From the IMG/VR virus record IMGVR_UViG_3300045988_113806, positions 1 through 56,035 of that record: 56,035 bases of DNA; one strand, given 5' to 3'. Made by a program: the position numbers and the translations under genes. Source of the DNA: a virus. Positions within the stretch are counted from its first letter, which is position 1, and each line of letters opens with the position of its first letter. Below are positions 34,834 to 48,200 of this stretch, piece after piece. The notes under the pieces were generated by a model, which was not told the origin of the DNA, did not search any database, and worked only from the letters and a program-made list of their open reading frames with translations.

Positions 34834-35385
34834 TCACCATTCTTTTAACGTGTAAGTAATGCTTACACCTTCAATCTTCTTTCCACTCCTGGTATAAGCC
34901 ATTCCTTCCCATCTTCCTTGCTGATAGCCTACCCCATAATATGTCTTATCTCCCGTGGTCATGACTCCGGCTTTGATTTTATGATTTTTGTTAAGATTGA
35001 TTTTGTACACATCAACCTTCTGTTGTTTGGTATCTGGAGTAACCACGGTCCTATCAGTTTTCTCTGTTGCGATTTTCGGCAGGGACTCATCATCGGCGTT
35101 AATCTTCCTGGCTGTTTCTGTTGCTGCTGCCTCAACAGAGGGAGAAGAAATGTAATAGGTCACATTCGGTTGAGCCGTTTGAATTTTTCTCTGAAGCTGT
35201 TCGGCGTTGTCCTTGTCGATGGAAAGTTTCTTTTGTATGGTTTCCGTCTGTTGTAGTTCCTCCGGGTAAACGATTTTTGCTTTCGCAGTCTTGTTTTGGT
35301 TCCATTCATAAACCGCTCCGGCAATCAAACCAGTCACACAAACTAAAATAATTATTGCTAACAGTCTTTTCTTGTTTTCGTCCAT
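34834..35385 (-). CDS. signal-anchored extracytoplasmic protein (183 aa); moron-position gene
   Basis: N-terminal TM LLAIIILVCVTGLIAGAVY. Confidence 0.45.
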   Translation of the reverse strand: MDENKKRLLAIIILVCVTGLIAGAVYEWNQNKTAKAKIVYPEELQQTETIQKKLSIDKDNAEQLQRKIQTAQPNVTYYISSPSVEAAATETARKINADDESLPKIATEKTDRTVVTPDTKQQKVDVYKINLNKNHKIKAGVMTTGDKTYYGVGYQQGRWEGMAYTRSGKKIEGVSITYTLKEW

Positions 35386-35451
35386 AAATTTACCTCTTTT
35401 CTAGGCAGTTTGAGAGGCTTTATTTTTGTCTGCTTATGTTTCCTTGCGCAA

Positions 35452-35493
35452 TTAAAGAAAAACGCTCATAGGTCAAATATGAAAGTCTATGAG
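35452..35493 (-). terminator. rho-independent terminator after the endolysin gene
   Basis: CTCATAG...CTATGAG stem followed by CGTTTTTCTTT on the minus strand. Confidence 0.55.
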
Positions 35494-35506
35494 TGTTTTG
35501 TTGTTT

Positions 35507-36151
35507 TTATTCCTGATTATGGAATAAATTTTCATCGTACATGTAGTTTCCGTCGATGCCGTAGCCGTTGTAGTTGTCAGTCCACTGCCAGACATAACCG
35601 GAGATATCGTCTTCGGGCCCCCACTCGGCGTTCCAGACTGGGCAGCCCAGGGAACGCCAGTCGATGGCGCTGGTCAGCCAGCTGTAAGAAGCGTAGACGC
35701 CCCAGTTAAGCCCGATTTCCTTGCCAAAAGCCTTACACATGGCAGTGACGGTTGCGGGATCAGGCGCCCATCCCGGGTCCTCTGCATCAGCATCATCGGG
35801 ATCCGGGAGGGTAGCCGGGTCCCTTGGAAAGTTGTGCTGCTCTTTCCAGTGATCTGCGTCTTCCATATCGTAGAATACCGGCAGTTCCAGGAACACACCG
35901 GCTTCCTCGATGGCCGTCTTGCAGTTCCAAGCATTTTCTCTTGCGTCTTCAATGCTCAGAGAATAGTCATAGTGATACGCGCCTACAAGCATCCCATGGG
36001 CGTGAGCAGCATCTACATTTGCTTTGAAATTTTCATCTCTTCCATGCTTGCCGTAGGAGCAGCGAACGTAGCAGAACTTTACGCCTTCGGCCTCAAGCGT
36101 ATCCCAGGGAATATAGCTGTTATTTTCAGAAACGTCGATGCCTAAAATCAT
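35507..36151 (-). CDS. endolysin, glycoside hydrolase family 25 (muramidase), single domain
   Basis: MILGIDVSENNSYIPWDTLEAEGVKFCYVRCSYG... GH25 N-terminal signature. Confidence 0.85.
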   Translation of the reverse strand: MILGIDVSENNSYIPWDTLEAEGVKFCYVRCSYGKHGRDENFKANVDAAHAHGMLVGAYHYDYSLSIEDARENAWNCKTAIEEAGVFLELPVFYDMEDADHWKEQHNFPRDPATLPDPDDADAEDPGWAPDPATVTAMCKAFGKEIGLNWGVYASYSWLTSAIDWRSLGCPVWNAEWGPEDDISGYVWQWTDNYNGYGIDGNYMYDENLFHNQE

Positions 36152-36224
36152 GGTTCATTCTCCTCTCTTGGATAAAAGAAAAGAAGCACCAACTTTTGTG
36201 GTGCTTCTTTTTTTAATGTTTGTT

Positions 36225-39200
36225 TTACTGTGCAAAATTCATCAGCGCGTCATTTGATTCACGGAACTTCTTGGAGCCCGTCTTGGAAACACGTTCATTG
36301 AAGGAGCTGTTGCGCTGATTTCTGTATTGCTTCAATTTCTTGTTGGTGATTCCAAACTCTTTCATCTTCTGAACGTCTTCTGCCGTTCTCGGTTCTCCAG
36401 CTTCTTCCTTGTCCAGCAGGCTCCGGATGAATCCCTGCCGTTCTTCCTGCAATTCGGATTGTCTCTGTCTTTTTACCTGGGAAATGTCGGAGTTGATGGA
36501 TTCGTCTGCCAGCCGGAAACCTACAGCCTTAACAATCTTGTCATAGGTGCTGTCCAGCCCGCGCATGGTCCGTCCTTTTTTGTCTACGGTTTTTCCCAGA
36601 AGAACCTGTGCATAGTTGCCCAGGGCCGGAGAGAATCCTTTCAGCACCTGCAACGGATCATTATTATGGATCCCGATATACATCTGCGTGATAGTGGAGA
36701 GGGTAGGTCCGCCCAGAATATCAACCAGGGTGCTTTTAGGCGGGAGGATGAAGTCGCCCATACCGAACCGCTGAGAAATGTCAATGTTCACGGGCCGGGC
36801 AGCCAGCAGTCCGTACATGGCAATACGCGCCAGGCCACGCCCGATTTCACTATCGCCAGCAGCATCCATAATGGCCCCTTTGATTTTCAGCTTGTAGTCG
36901 ATCCCCAGGATTTGTTTAAACAGATCATTGAACCAATCAGTCACAGGAACCTGCATAACACCAGCCAGGAGGAAATACATACCCCAGAATTTCAGAGCTT
37001 TTCCTTTGGGTCCATTAATCGTAATGTCGTGCATCAGTTCCAGTTCCTTCACTTTGTATTTCTGGAATTGGAGCATCAGGTCCCCGATAACGGACCCCTG
37101 CACTTTCCGGAACGCTGCCGGAGCATCAACGGGGCTGTAATCGAAGTTGGACTTTCTGTTGACCATTCTGGCATATTCAATAGCCTCGTTGTAGTTCTTT
37201 CCTTCGCTGATAGCATGGTAGAAGCCGGAGAGAGCTGCCACCTTTCTGGAATAGGTATCGAAGAAGGAGAACACTCCCATGGTCTTGCTGAGAAGTGCGC
37301 GCGGTCGGAAAGCGGTATAACCACCGGCCCCTGCGTCCAGACGGATGTCATCCTGGATACCGCAATCATGCAATATCCGCATATCCTTGAAGCTGGGACG
37401 GAGTGCATGGCCTCCAGCTTTCAATGTTGCTTTCATATCACCAGTGATACCATAAGCGTTGACAATCTGCCCCAGGTTCAGCAGGGCGGAGGAGACATTG
37501 CAGAAGCCCAGCTTGGCAACGGAAATAGTGGAAGTAATACGGTTGGTCAGTTCCAGGGCAGCCCGGTCCCCAAACTTGGAAGATACAAAATCACGCCAGA
37601 AGGGGATACTGTTCAGCCATTCATTGATTCTCATTTCAATGCTGTTCGGGTCCCCGTTTACATCGTTGATGTAGTCCTTGACGTAGTGGGCCAGCTGGTT
37701 GTCGTTATAGTCCTTGTTCCAGGCCCCGAAATACCGCTCAAACAGGGAAATGGAACCGGACTTGAAGGGCTCCAGTGCGATATAGCGGGATGCCGCGTTC
37801 AGGTAATGGTGCAGTACCCAGTCAATGTTTTCTTCAAAGCCCAGGGCTCCTTTCCGCTGTAGGAAGTTTCCGAAGAAACGATGCCGGTTTTTGGTTTTCA
37901 CCTTGTCTTCCAGAAATTCCCGTGCTTCTTTCATGGTCATATTGAGCTGATCTTCGCACTTCTTAACCATCTCGAAATACTGACCGTCGCCGATTTCCAC
38001 GGCCCGTGCGTGTTCGTTGTCTCCAAAATTGAAGGACTTCGGGGCAATGGTCACATTATCGGCGTATTCAGGATGCTCCTTGATGTAGGCTTCTGCTTTC
38101 TTGTAAGCATCCTTGATATTCCGTCCGCTGCCAACTACCACGTTGTTCCCGTTCTCGTCTTTAGCAATTACAAAGAAGTCATGGAAGAAGTGAGGAATGT
38201 AGCCTTCCAACTTATGAATGTCGCCGCGGCGTTCTTCATAAACAACCTCATAGTTCTTTCCTTTCTTTTCTTCGGAAAGCACCTGGATGTTCGGATCACT
38301 TTTTAACTGTTTCAGCATTTTAGCGTCAACAGTATCAGTTGTTTTCCAGGTCTTTGACCGTTTGTAGGTCACAAGGTATTCATGCTCCAGGCTGCCTTTC
38401 TTGGCCGGGCCTCTATCTTCCAGACGGGTAATGTCCGCAAACTTATCCTGCATCAGATTTTTCAGTTCCGGTTTGGTCATGCGCTTCTGAATGGTTTCCA
38501 CGTGATTCCGGGTTTCATTGAGCATATTGTACACATGGTTAATCATGGCCCTGGTAGCGCTGTAGGCGTTGGCTACGTTCTCAGCTACACCCATATCCTG
38601 CAAATCTTTTCGGCTGTATTCCTTGCCTTCTGCATCGCCCTGCCACAAGAGGTTGGCCCAGTCCTGCACATCCTGTTTAGAATGGAGGTACAGGTGGTGG
38701 ATCCGGTTCAGCTGTTTGTTGAACAGGTTCCGCAGGTGTTCTTGGGTTGCCTGTGCTTTTACGGCCATTTTGAAGAAAGCCGCAAACCGTTTCACGTGTT
38801 CAGCGATATAAGACGGGGACCGGAGCAGGCTCTGGGTAATGCTCATTTCCCGGACTACATCGTTCACAGCTACCTTGATTCGTTCGTTCTTGTCGCCTTT
38901 GAGCTTGGTTTTCAGGTTGTCAGCTGCGTTACGGACAGAGAAGGCAACGTCGTCGGTTGCAAGATCATCCATGGACCATACTGCCTTGTCATTGGGGTTG
39001 AAGTCCGGATTCTTGGCAATAATAACATTGCCTTTTCTGCCAACGTCCTTGAAATAGTCCTGAATTTCTCCCACGTATTCGGAGGTTTTCATGTTGTTCT
39101 GGTAACTCTGCTGCTTTTCGGTAGCATTTCCTACACCGCTTCTGTCCCCTTCATAAATCTGGAAATAGGCAGTGCCGTCTTTCTTCAATGCCTGGGCAGC

Positions 39201-42200
39201 TTGCAGAATAACACATCTTCTCCAGGCGGGTTGTTTGATGGTATTCAGGACGTTGGCAACGGTTACTGTATCCGCCTTCCCTTTAATGGCCTCCAGTGCT
39301 TTATCATTTTCTTCCTTAGTCCGGTAATATGGATCAAAGACAACGTTTTCCACGCCGTGTTTTTGTTTCAGATAGTCGGTCGTCACGTTGTATTTTCCGC
39401 CGCCGATATCGATGTTTCTCGTTCCCTGCTTCCAGGGGATGGTCTTGAACATGGCCGGGACCTGCTTCGGAGAAGTCTCTGCATCGTATTCCTGTTGCTC
39501 AGCCGTATTGGAAGAATGGTTAGAGGCGGCGTTCATAGCTGCATCATTGATTTCCGCAGAACGATTCCATACGTTCCCTTCCGCCACTTTGCGCATGACG
39601 TTGTGGACGTTTTCAACTCCGGTCAGGATGGCCTTCGCTTTGCTCACAAAGTCGTTGACTTTCTGGAACAGCTTCCCGTAATAGGATCCTTTCCCTTCGG
39701 TGCGCTGCTTCTTCCATTCCTTGTAGCCGTCTGCCATAGCTTCGCTTACCGTCTTTCCTCCGGTGTGCTTGCTATAGTATTTGGTCATGGCCGCCTTTTC
39801 CTTGTCATTGAGGGCCATATCCCATGCTGCATGGAAGGCTTCATGGTACGCGGATCCAGTGCTGCTTTCCTGGGAAAGGGCAATAACGGCATCGCTGTTC
39901 AGGGTAGGCTGCTTGTAGTAGCCTTCTACCACGATGTTGTCAGCATCCGCCATTCCATGTTCTTTCCGGGCCTTCTTTTCGGCCTGTTCCCCTACAATGA
40001 TGTTCTTTTGCAAGTCAACGGTGATGGTCCCGGCTGCTGTCTTCACTTTCATTTGAGAGTCGTTAATATCACTGATTTCTGACTGAGGGAAGGCATCACG
40101 CACTTCCTGCTTCAAGCTGTCCAGGGAGCGCTGGATATTGGTATCGGAGGATTCATTGTTCTCATTCAGTGAATCAGCGTAATCAGTTTCGGTTGGACTG
40201 GCAGAAGCGTTTTCTTCTTCACGAACGGAATACCGCTTGCCATCATCGGATAAACGGTCCGGCATACTGATATTTTCCAGATTATCAAAGAGTTCGTTGA
40301 TAGAATCGCCAGGAAGGTCGAATGTTCCATCAGCAAGGGATGCTGCCTTGCTTCTCAAGTCCGGGTCGGAATACTTGTCAATAACAACAAGTTTGGTTCT
40401 GACAGCGGTTCCAGCCCGTTTAAAGGTAATATCAGGCAGATTGATGGTTGCCATAATGACGCCATCTCTAACACCTCTGTCCTGCCACCGGCTTGCGTCC
40501 GGATCGCCATTGAACCATTTGTCGAACCGTTTGTTGGCGGCCGGTCCGTCCGGGATAATGGCAATCAGACGGCCTCCATCCTTTAAGTGCTTGTAGGCTT
40601 TTGCGACATGTTCTATTGCGGTCTTGCCGCCCAGCCCGAACGGAGGATTCATAACAATTCCGTTGAACTTATTGTGCAGGTCCATCAGCTCAAAACCGCT
40701 CTTAAAGAGCTTAACGTTGTTGACGTTGCGCATAAGGCGTGCTTGAAGAACGTTGGAAGGTTCAACAACGGTATTGGAAGTGTTGTTCGGCATCCACCTA
40801 GCAATAGCGCCGTCACCGGCAGACGGTTCCAACAAGCTGTCTCCGGGCTGAGCATGAAGCCATTCAACCATCTTTTCACCCAGAGGTTCCGGAGTAGCAA
40901 AATAATCAATGCCTTCCCGGCTTTTGGCTCTGGCATCTTTTTTTTGTTTCCCGAAATAGAACGCCTTGGCACGGTCAAAGTCATCCATGGTTTCCTGCTG
41001 ATAGTCGATTTCCTTGCCGCCTGTACCTTCTGTTTTACTGCCCGGCAGATACTTTTTCCAGTCATCGCTGTCCTGTGATTCTTCATAGGCTTGCACATAG
41101 GAATTTTTCAGAGCTCTGGCGTTCTCGCCCATGGCAAGGTTTTCAACCGTCCCCGCGCGTTCTGCCACCTTCTGCGCAAATGCCATTTGTTCGAAGTTGG
41201 TTCCAGTATTCAAGTACCGGAACAGGGCATTGGACTTGTTACCGAAGCGGTAAATACGTCCTTCCTGCTGAATAGCCTCACTTGGTTTAGTAGGCAGGCC
41301 CAGGTTAATGAGGACTCTCTGGTGCTTGCCGGTCGTATCATGGAGGGAAATACCAGCCTGCCCGGCATCGGACTGAACAAGAATGATCTTAATCGGGCTG
41401 TCATCGTTGTTAAACGCTTTAATGGCCGCGCTTCTTTCCTTTTTGGAAAGGGTGCCATTGTAGATTGCAATACTCTTTCCAAAAGCGTCACTCAGTGTCT
41501 CAATGGGAGATTTCAGAGAGGAAAGTTTCAGATGAAGTAAATCCGGTCTTTCGTTAATGAAACTTTCATATTGCCTGGTTAATGCAGCTTGTCTTTCAGG
41601 TTCGATTTGAGAAAACGCTTTTTCCGGGAGGATGAAAGGATTATCCGCACCGCCTTTGTTAAAGTTATGGAAAACAACAACCTTTTTTCCTTCTTTAACG
41701 TAGTCTTTGATGATGGGAATAGTGCTCTTTGCCTTGATTGCCTCCAGCAGATAGAATCGATAGAATCCACGGAAGCGCTGGTTCAGAACGTCCGCAAGTG
41801 CATCATACTTTTGGTAATGATCGCTCAGCCAATTAAAACCATCGTCAATCTTTTTGCCTACACCGGCATCCACACGGATGAAGCCGCGGTCATAGTCATA
41901 GTCGGAAGAAAGCATCCGGCCATGGAGTGCTCCGCTTTTCATCATCTTTTCGTTGAAAGATTGTTCCATGACGGTGGAATCCACATCTGCGCCAGGTCTG
42001 TTCAGCTGATTGTAGCGCATACTGTAGCCGAAATTCTCGATATAGAATTGCTGTTTCCCGTTCGAGCGGTTATACCCCTGCTGCTCCATGGGGCCGTAGT
42101 CGCTGTAGTTGAACAGGTATCCGTTGGCATAGTCCAGGTCATTGACATACTGGAAAGGCGTTGCGGACAGGAAAAGGGCCTTGGATTTGGGGCGTTTCTT

Positions 42201-45200
42201 GTACAGTTCTTCTTCCTTGCGGCGGAGCTTATCGTATTCGTTATATGCCTTGTTGTAGGCATCTTCCTTGTCCTTGATGGCCTCTCTCAGCTCTGCCAGG
42301 GTTTCTCCGGGGTTCAGCGTCCTGCTGGCAAGGCGGGTTTCGAGTTCGTTCAGCTCGTTTCTCTTATTGGTAATATCTTCGTATTCTTTGGTGTATTTAT
42401 CTTCAAAGTATCTATAGAATCCATCATCGTGGGCGGACATGGCTCTTACGGCGTTCAGGGCCTTTGTGGGTTCGGCTTTTGCACCGCTCATCAGTTTGTG
42501 GCTTTCGTCACAAACAATCAGGTCCCAATTCCGTTTGGTAATTTCCTTGTTCTCACCAGCATTGGCATAAGTGGTGGTAACGGGGCCTTTCCCGCTGTCC
42601 GTTGTATCTGCCAGCCGGGTCAGCTTGATACCGAAGCTCTTTTTAGCTGCTTCTTCCCAACCTTTCAGAATATCGTCAGAGGGTGCCAGGACAATGACGT
42701 TTTGTTTTCCTGCATCATAAAAGCGCTTTACAACACCCATGCCGGTGTAGGTTTTCCCCGTCCCGGTGCCATTGGTGAACATCATGCCATTGGCTTTTTC
42801 CAGACGGTCCTCGGCCAACATAACATCGTTGACCTGCTCCGGCGCAAGCATTGGAAGCGCTTTCTTCAATTCATTCAGTTTTTGGTTGATCTCTTTTTCC
42901 TGAGCTTTGGTTACAGGGCTTTCATGCTTGGGTCTGTCTTTAACAGATTTAACAAGCTCTTCAGGTCCTTTTCGTCCATCATCGGGAGCTCCTGCATAGC
43001 TATCTGCAATGCTTCCTGGTAGTTTAGGACTTCCGGCGCGTCTATCTTCGGATTTTTCAGCTTGTACTGTGCTATTGCCAGTCTTTCCGCCAGCAGAGGT
43101 GCCACTATCTGAAACGCTACGATTGCCAGTTCCGTGTTCTTCGGGTCCTTCTCCTGTCTTTTCACGATTTTGTCCGCTTCTTCCATCGGATCCGGAGCCT
43201 TGAACACGACTTTCCCCCATTGTGTTTTCACCGGGCCCTTTGCCAGCTCGTGGAGCCACTCCGGGAACGCTGCTTTTAACATTCTTTTCAGCCCCTTTCT
43301 TGCCAGTTTCTTCTGCTTTCATTATACCATTTTCCGGTTTCCCGTTGTCTTTGTTTTGCTTGGTTTCGCTGGCAGTAACCTTCTCGCCTTTATTAGCTGC
43401 CTCGTTTCTGAGCCCTTCATAAAGATCATGAACATAAGGCTTCATGGCGGTTTTTAATGCGTTTCTTTTGTTGAGCAAATCTGCAAAGTCATCAATCGCC
43501 TGCTGATTCTTTTGGTCATAGGCAGCATTGTAAATGTCAAGTGCTTCTTCTTCCGCACCGCCCAGCATGCCTAATTCGAAATCTTGTTCAGTGCTATTCT
43601 TTGCTACTATTGCCAAATTCTTATCCGCACGCAGATTATCTCTGATTTGCTTGATTCCTTTGTCGAGAGAATAATCTTTCAGCAAATCTTCATAGGGCTT
43701 TTTAGCTGTTTTCTTCGCTTTCTCCTGGGCTGGAGCGGGGGCCGCTTCTTCCTTTTGCTTTTCTTGAACCGGTTTATTCTCGATTTCGGGTACGTCTACC
43801 GCGTCATGCCTTGCATCTTTCAAAAATGCGTCACGGTCTGCATCCGTATTGAATACCCATCCGCGTTCACCGCCGAATTTAGAATAATGGCCCTTGTGCT
43901 CTTTGGCCAATTTATTTGCTCTTTTAAATTCTCCATTGAGAACACTATACCCTTTTTGGATACCAACACGGGCCCAGGTTCGGCCGCTTCCGCTGTCGGT
44001 TACGGAGTCGGAAAAATAGTGGTCATTCCCATAGCGTTGCTGTTTTGTATCTACGGCTGGTTTGGCTTCCGGAGCAGGTTTGGTTTCTGCTTCTACAGCC
44101 GGTTCTGCTTCCTGCTGGTTTTCTACTTTAGCCGTGCTGAGTGCTTCTTCCTGGCTGTTTGCTGTCTGGCTGGCTTCCGTTGCACCGCCTGTAGTATCAT
44201 TCGCAGCATTGGCTGTAGAATCTTCTGCCCCGACTTGGGCCTTTTTCCATTCTGCATAGCCGTTCATGAAAGCCATCCTGGAATTGTAATAGGTGTCCGC
44301 CAGATCATCAGCCACACCTTGCGCTCTGCTTGTAAAGTTGCCCCAGTCTGTGTCGGGTGCTTTAAGCGGGCCATATTGCGGATTCATCATGACGGGGAAT
44401 GTATCTTTATATGCCTCTTTGAAAGTCGGGAACATATATTTTCCTACAATCCCTCTATTAATCGGGTGCATGTTGAAAATACCCGCTTTAGTGTCTACAG
44501 CCAGCTTCTTGATTTTTTCAGGAGCCTGCTTATCAAAGTCGCGAAGGTCAAACTTCATGGTACGTTTAACCAGCTCATTCTTTTGCTTCAATGCTTTGTC
44601 AGCGGGTCTGACCATGCCGGTAACATAAATATCGTTGCCGAACACTTTTGCCGTCTGCTTATAGTCATGATTAATGCCCTGGAAGCTGTACTCAAAGTCG
44701 GGTTTTCCTTTGGGAGCTTCCTGCACTACCTCTCCGGCTGGCTTATTGTTGACGGCTTTTTCAGCCTCCGGCTTTACGTCTTGTTCACTCTTTTCACCAG
44801 GATTCCCGGCTTCGTCTGCTTGAACTGGTTTGCTACCTTCAGCAGGAACTTCATTGTCTTCGGCTGTATGTCGTTCACGTGCGTTGCCGTTTTCACCTTC
44901 TGGATTTGCGCCTTGTTCAAGTTCGGGGTTGAGATCTTTATCCCCTTGTTCAGCGCTACTTTCCTGCGGTAACTGCGTACCCGTCTGCCCCAAAGCATAC
45001 TTTTCAGCATCCCCTTTCATCACATGGTAGGAATAATCCACTACATCAATCGGCTTGATTTGGTCCGGTGTTACGCCTTCATCCTGGAAGAGTGCGGTAG
45101 CATCTTCTTTCGGATTCCCCAACTGATTGATGATGTTGGCCATTGTCGTGAAAAATTCTGTGGTATTCTTGCTTCCACGTCCGCTTTCATCCACAAATTG

Positions 45201-48200
45201 CAGAATGGCATGGGCTTCGGGAGAAAAATCCGGAAGCAGGGCCTGCTCCTGTAAATAGATACTCAGCTTGGTATTATTCTTGCGCAGGCCATCCAGCCGG
45301 TTCCCCGCTTCTGCAATAGGACCGGTTACATTGATATTATACCGCATACCGTCCTGGATTCTCTTGTTTAAAAGAGCGAAAACAGGAGAAACCTGCACCA
45401 TAGAGGTGGTATAGCTCTTAATAGGGCTGTCGGTATCCATGGTAACAAGGTTCAGTAGACGTTCACTGCCGTCACCATAGGCCATAGCGAATACAGCATT
45501 GCGGGCGCGTTCCACTCCTTCCTTGCTGGGTTCCATTCGGTCATTCAGGAGCGGGTTCAGCTTATTGGGATCACCGCCCGTTATATCTTTCAGGACAGAA
45601 AGAACATAGTCGTTTGCATTGGCTGTGGTAACCAGGGAATGAGAAGTATTGTCGATGAATCTTTCAAGTGTGGAATCCTTGACCTTTTTAGAGTCAAGCA
45701 CAGCCCGTTCGGCTGCGTTCATTTCAGCTCCGCCGACTTTGGAGATAATAATCTTTTCCATCTCGTCCGGACTTGCGTTGACTTCTCTAACAAGGACAGG
45801 GTTCTTCATCTTATCAACAGCAGCAGGGTTCAGTCCCAGTCTTTGGGCGTTCGCTTTCAGGGCCTTCTTATAAGCCGCGCCCCTGCCGTTTCTATAGGCC
45901 GCCTTGATCCCCATGGCGCGGCCATTCCCATTCAAGACAATTCCGTTGGAATTGACTACGGGCGCGCCGGTATTAATCATCTGACTGTCCATCAGTCTGC
46001 CGGGGTCCAGCTTATTGGAGATGGAAATAACCTGCTGACGCATGGTAGCATTGTTTCTGTCTCTGGGCTGGAACTGGGAAGGATAGGCCGGGTTCGTCCG
46101 GATATTCATTCCGCTGTCCGTATCGTGAGAAACTACCAGGTCGTTGGCATCTGCCAGCCGGTATTGTGCTTTGTATTTGGTCTGATCGTCGCTTTCGATG
46201 GTTGTAGTATTTCCTCTGGGGCTATTGGCATACCGCTGTTCCTGTGCGCCAGAATTAGTTACAGGCGCGTTTTCCTGCATACTGGAGGGATTTACCGTGC
46301 TACTGCTTTCCGTGGCCTGTGCGGGTGCCTGGGGAGCCTGCTGGAGCATTTTAGGTTGCTCACGCACCATATCTTCCAGCGCTTTCCGGTCCCATTCGCG
46401 GATTTTACTGAACAGGTCCGCCGCCTTTTGGTCCCCCTGCATAGCACGTTGAGCCAGGTTAATAAGGCCGTTGCTGTAGCCGTTGGGGTTATTGACCGTA
46501 CTCACATTGTAGGGGGTGTATACCTGTCCCATGAAAGGACGGTGAATAAACGGGATCCGGTTCAGATTCTCGAACGTGGGGAGGGTTCCCTTTTTCTTTT
46601 GGGCAGTCGTGGTTGTGGTAGCAGTCTGTTTCTGGACTTGCGGACCGGCAGCCGGACTTTTCAAGTTGCCGTTTGAAAGGCCCATTTCGTCCCGGAGCTC
46701 AGAAAGGATACGGTTGGTTTCTGCGTCCTGAGCATCATTCTGTTTCTTGACTGCATTATAAACGGATTCAATGACGTTTGGATTCTTGCTGGTCAGTGCT
46801 TCATCAATGGCGTTGTTCAGGTCCGGATCATCAAACTGGCGCTGATTCTCTTTCAGGTAATTCAGCTTGTCCTTGGTGTCTTTAGCCGTGGTGAATACAT
46901 CTTCAATCTTACTGGGGTCATTGGAACCAAGAGCATCATCAATGGTATCCTTCATTCCAAATTCGTCAAATTCCCGCTGATTCTCTTTCAGATAATCCGT
47001 CATATCCTTCAGGGAAATACCGCTGACGGTGCTGCTTACACCGCCTCTGGAACGTCTATTGCTACCTCCGTTGTAGTTGGTGAAATCCAGGTCCAAATGG
47101 CCGCCTGTGGAATTGGGAGAAGGATTTTCGTATTCGTCCAGAACTTCAATCCCGCGCTTCTCGCACTCTTCGATGAAAGCATGGCGCTTTTTAGCATCGT
47201 CCAATACACCGCCAGACACATCCAGCTTCACACCGGCATAGTGGGAATGAGGGCCATCCGCATGGACTCCGGAATCGTTGCCGGACGTAACGGTCAGGGG
47301 AACGCCAAAAGTGTTGTAGTACACATCGGCAATATCCGCCAGGCCCGCTTTAGTAACATCCTGCACGTTTTCCACGTCCACGGAATCATCCAGCCGGTCC
47401 CAGGTTTTTCCTTCTGTGTTCACCATCATTTCAGGAGTAAAGGAAGAAACAGCAGAGGAAGAACCACCGCCGTTCTGCATCTTGCTCATGACAGAGGCTA
47501 CATACTCATTGACAGAAGGGCCTGTGCTTTGAGGAGCATTGAAAGAGTATTCGTTACCTTCATCATCAATCCCGGTGGTCAGACCTTCGGCGTAGCGTTT
47601 ACCATTCTGTTCCCCTGCGTACCAGGCAACAGCAGCACCCTCCGGGCCGTAATCCCGTACATACTGTTCCAGCTTGTGCTTTGCGGTGGCGTTGTAATCA
47701 TCCACGTTGTTCATATCGCCAACATGGCCTAACGCTTCCGTGGACCATTCTTCCCAGTTGGAGGGGAGAATCTGCATGGATCCGTATGCACCGGTGGAGC
47801 TGTTGACTGCTTCCGTATCCCCGCCGCTCTCCTGCCCGGTAATCGCGCTGGCAAGGTCATCGGTCAGGCTGGAAATATCTTCACCGGAGGAAGCCGGGGC
47901 GGCTGCTTCTTCGTTCTGAGAAGATACCGTTTCTTCCGGTCCTTCGGTTGCGGTGGTGTCGATGGTTTCATCGAGAGCGCTGCCACTAGGCCCGTTGTTA
48001 TTATTCTCAGGCCCGCCGTTTTCGGGAGTGGGTCCGTTTTCATTCGGATCATTGGGATTAAAGTCTCTGGCATCAACATCATTGACATCACGGTCAGCCC
48101 ATCTCCGGGCAATACGGCTTCCCAGGGCACCCGCACCACCGAATAACATACCAGGACCCATAGCGGCCATAGCTTCGTCTTTCTGGCCTTGTGTCCATTC

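Noticed and set aside
36327-46676. Long plus-strand ORFs (511, 566, 477, 462, 345 aa) inside the giant gene
   Set aside because: Antisense shadows of a 12.9-kb GC-biased ORF. Products are Phe/Leu/Val-rich low-complexity sequences without motifs.
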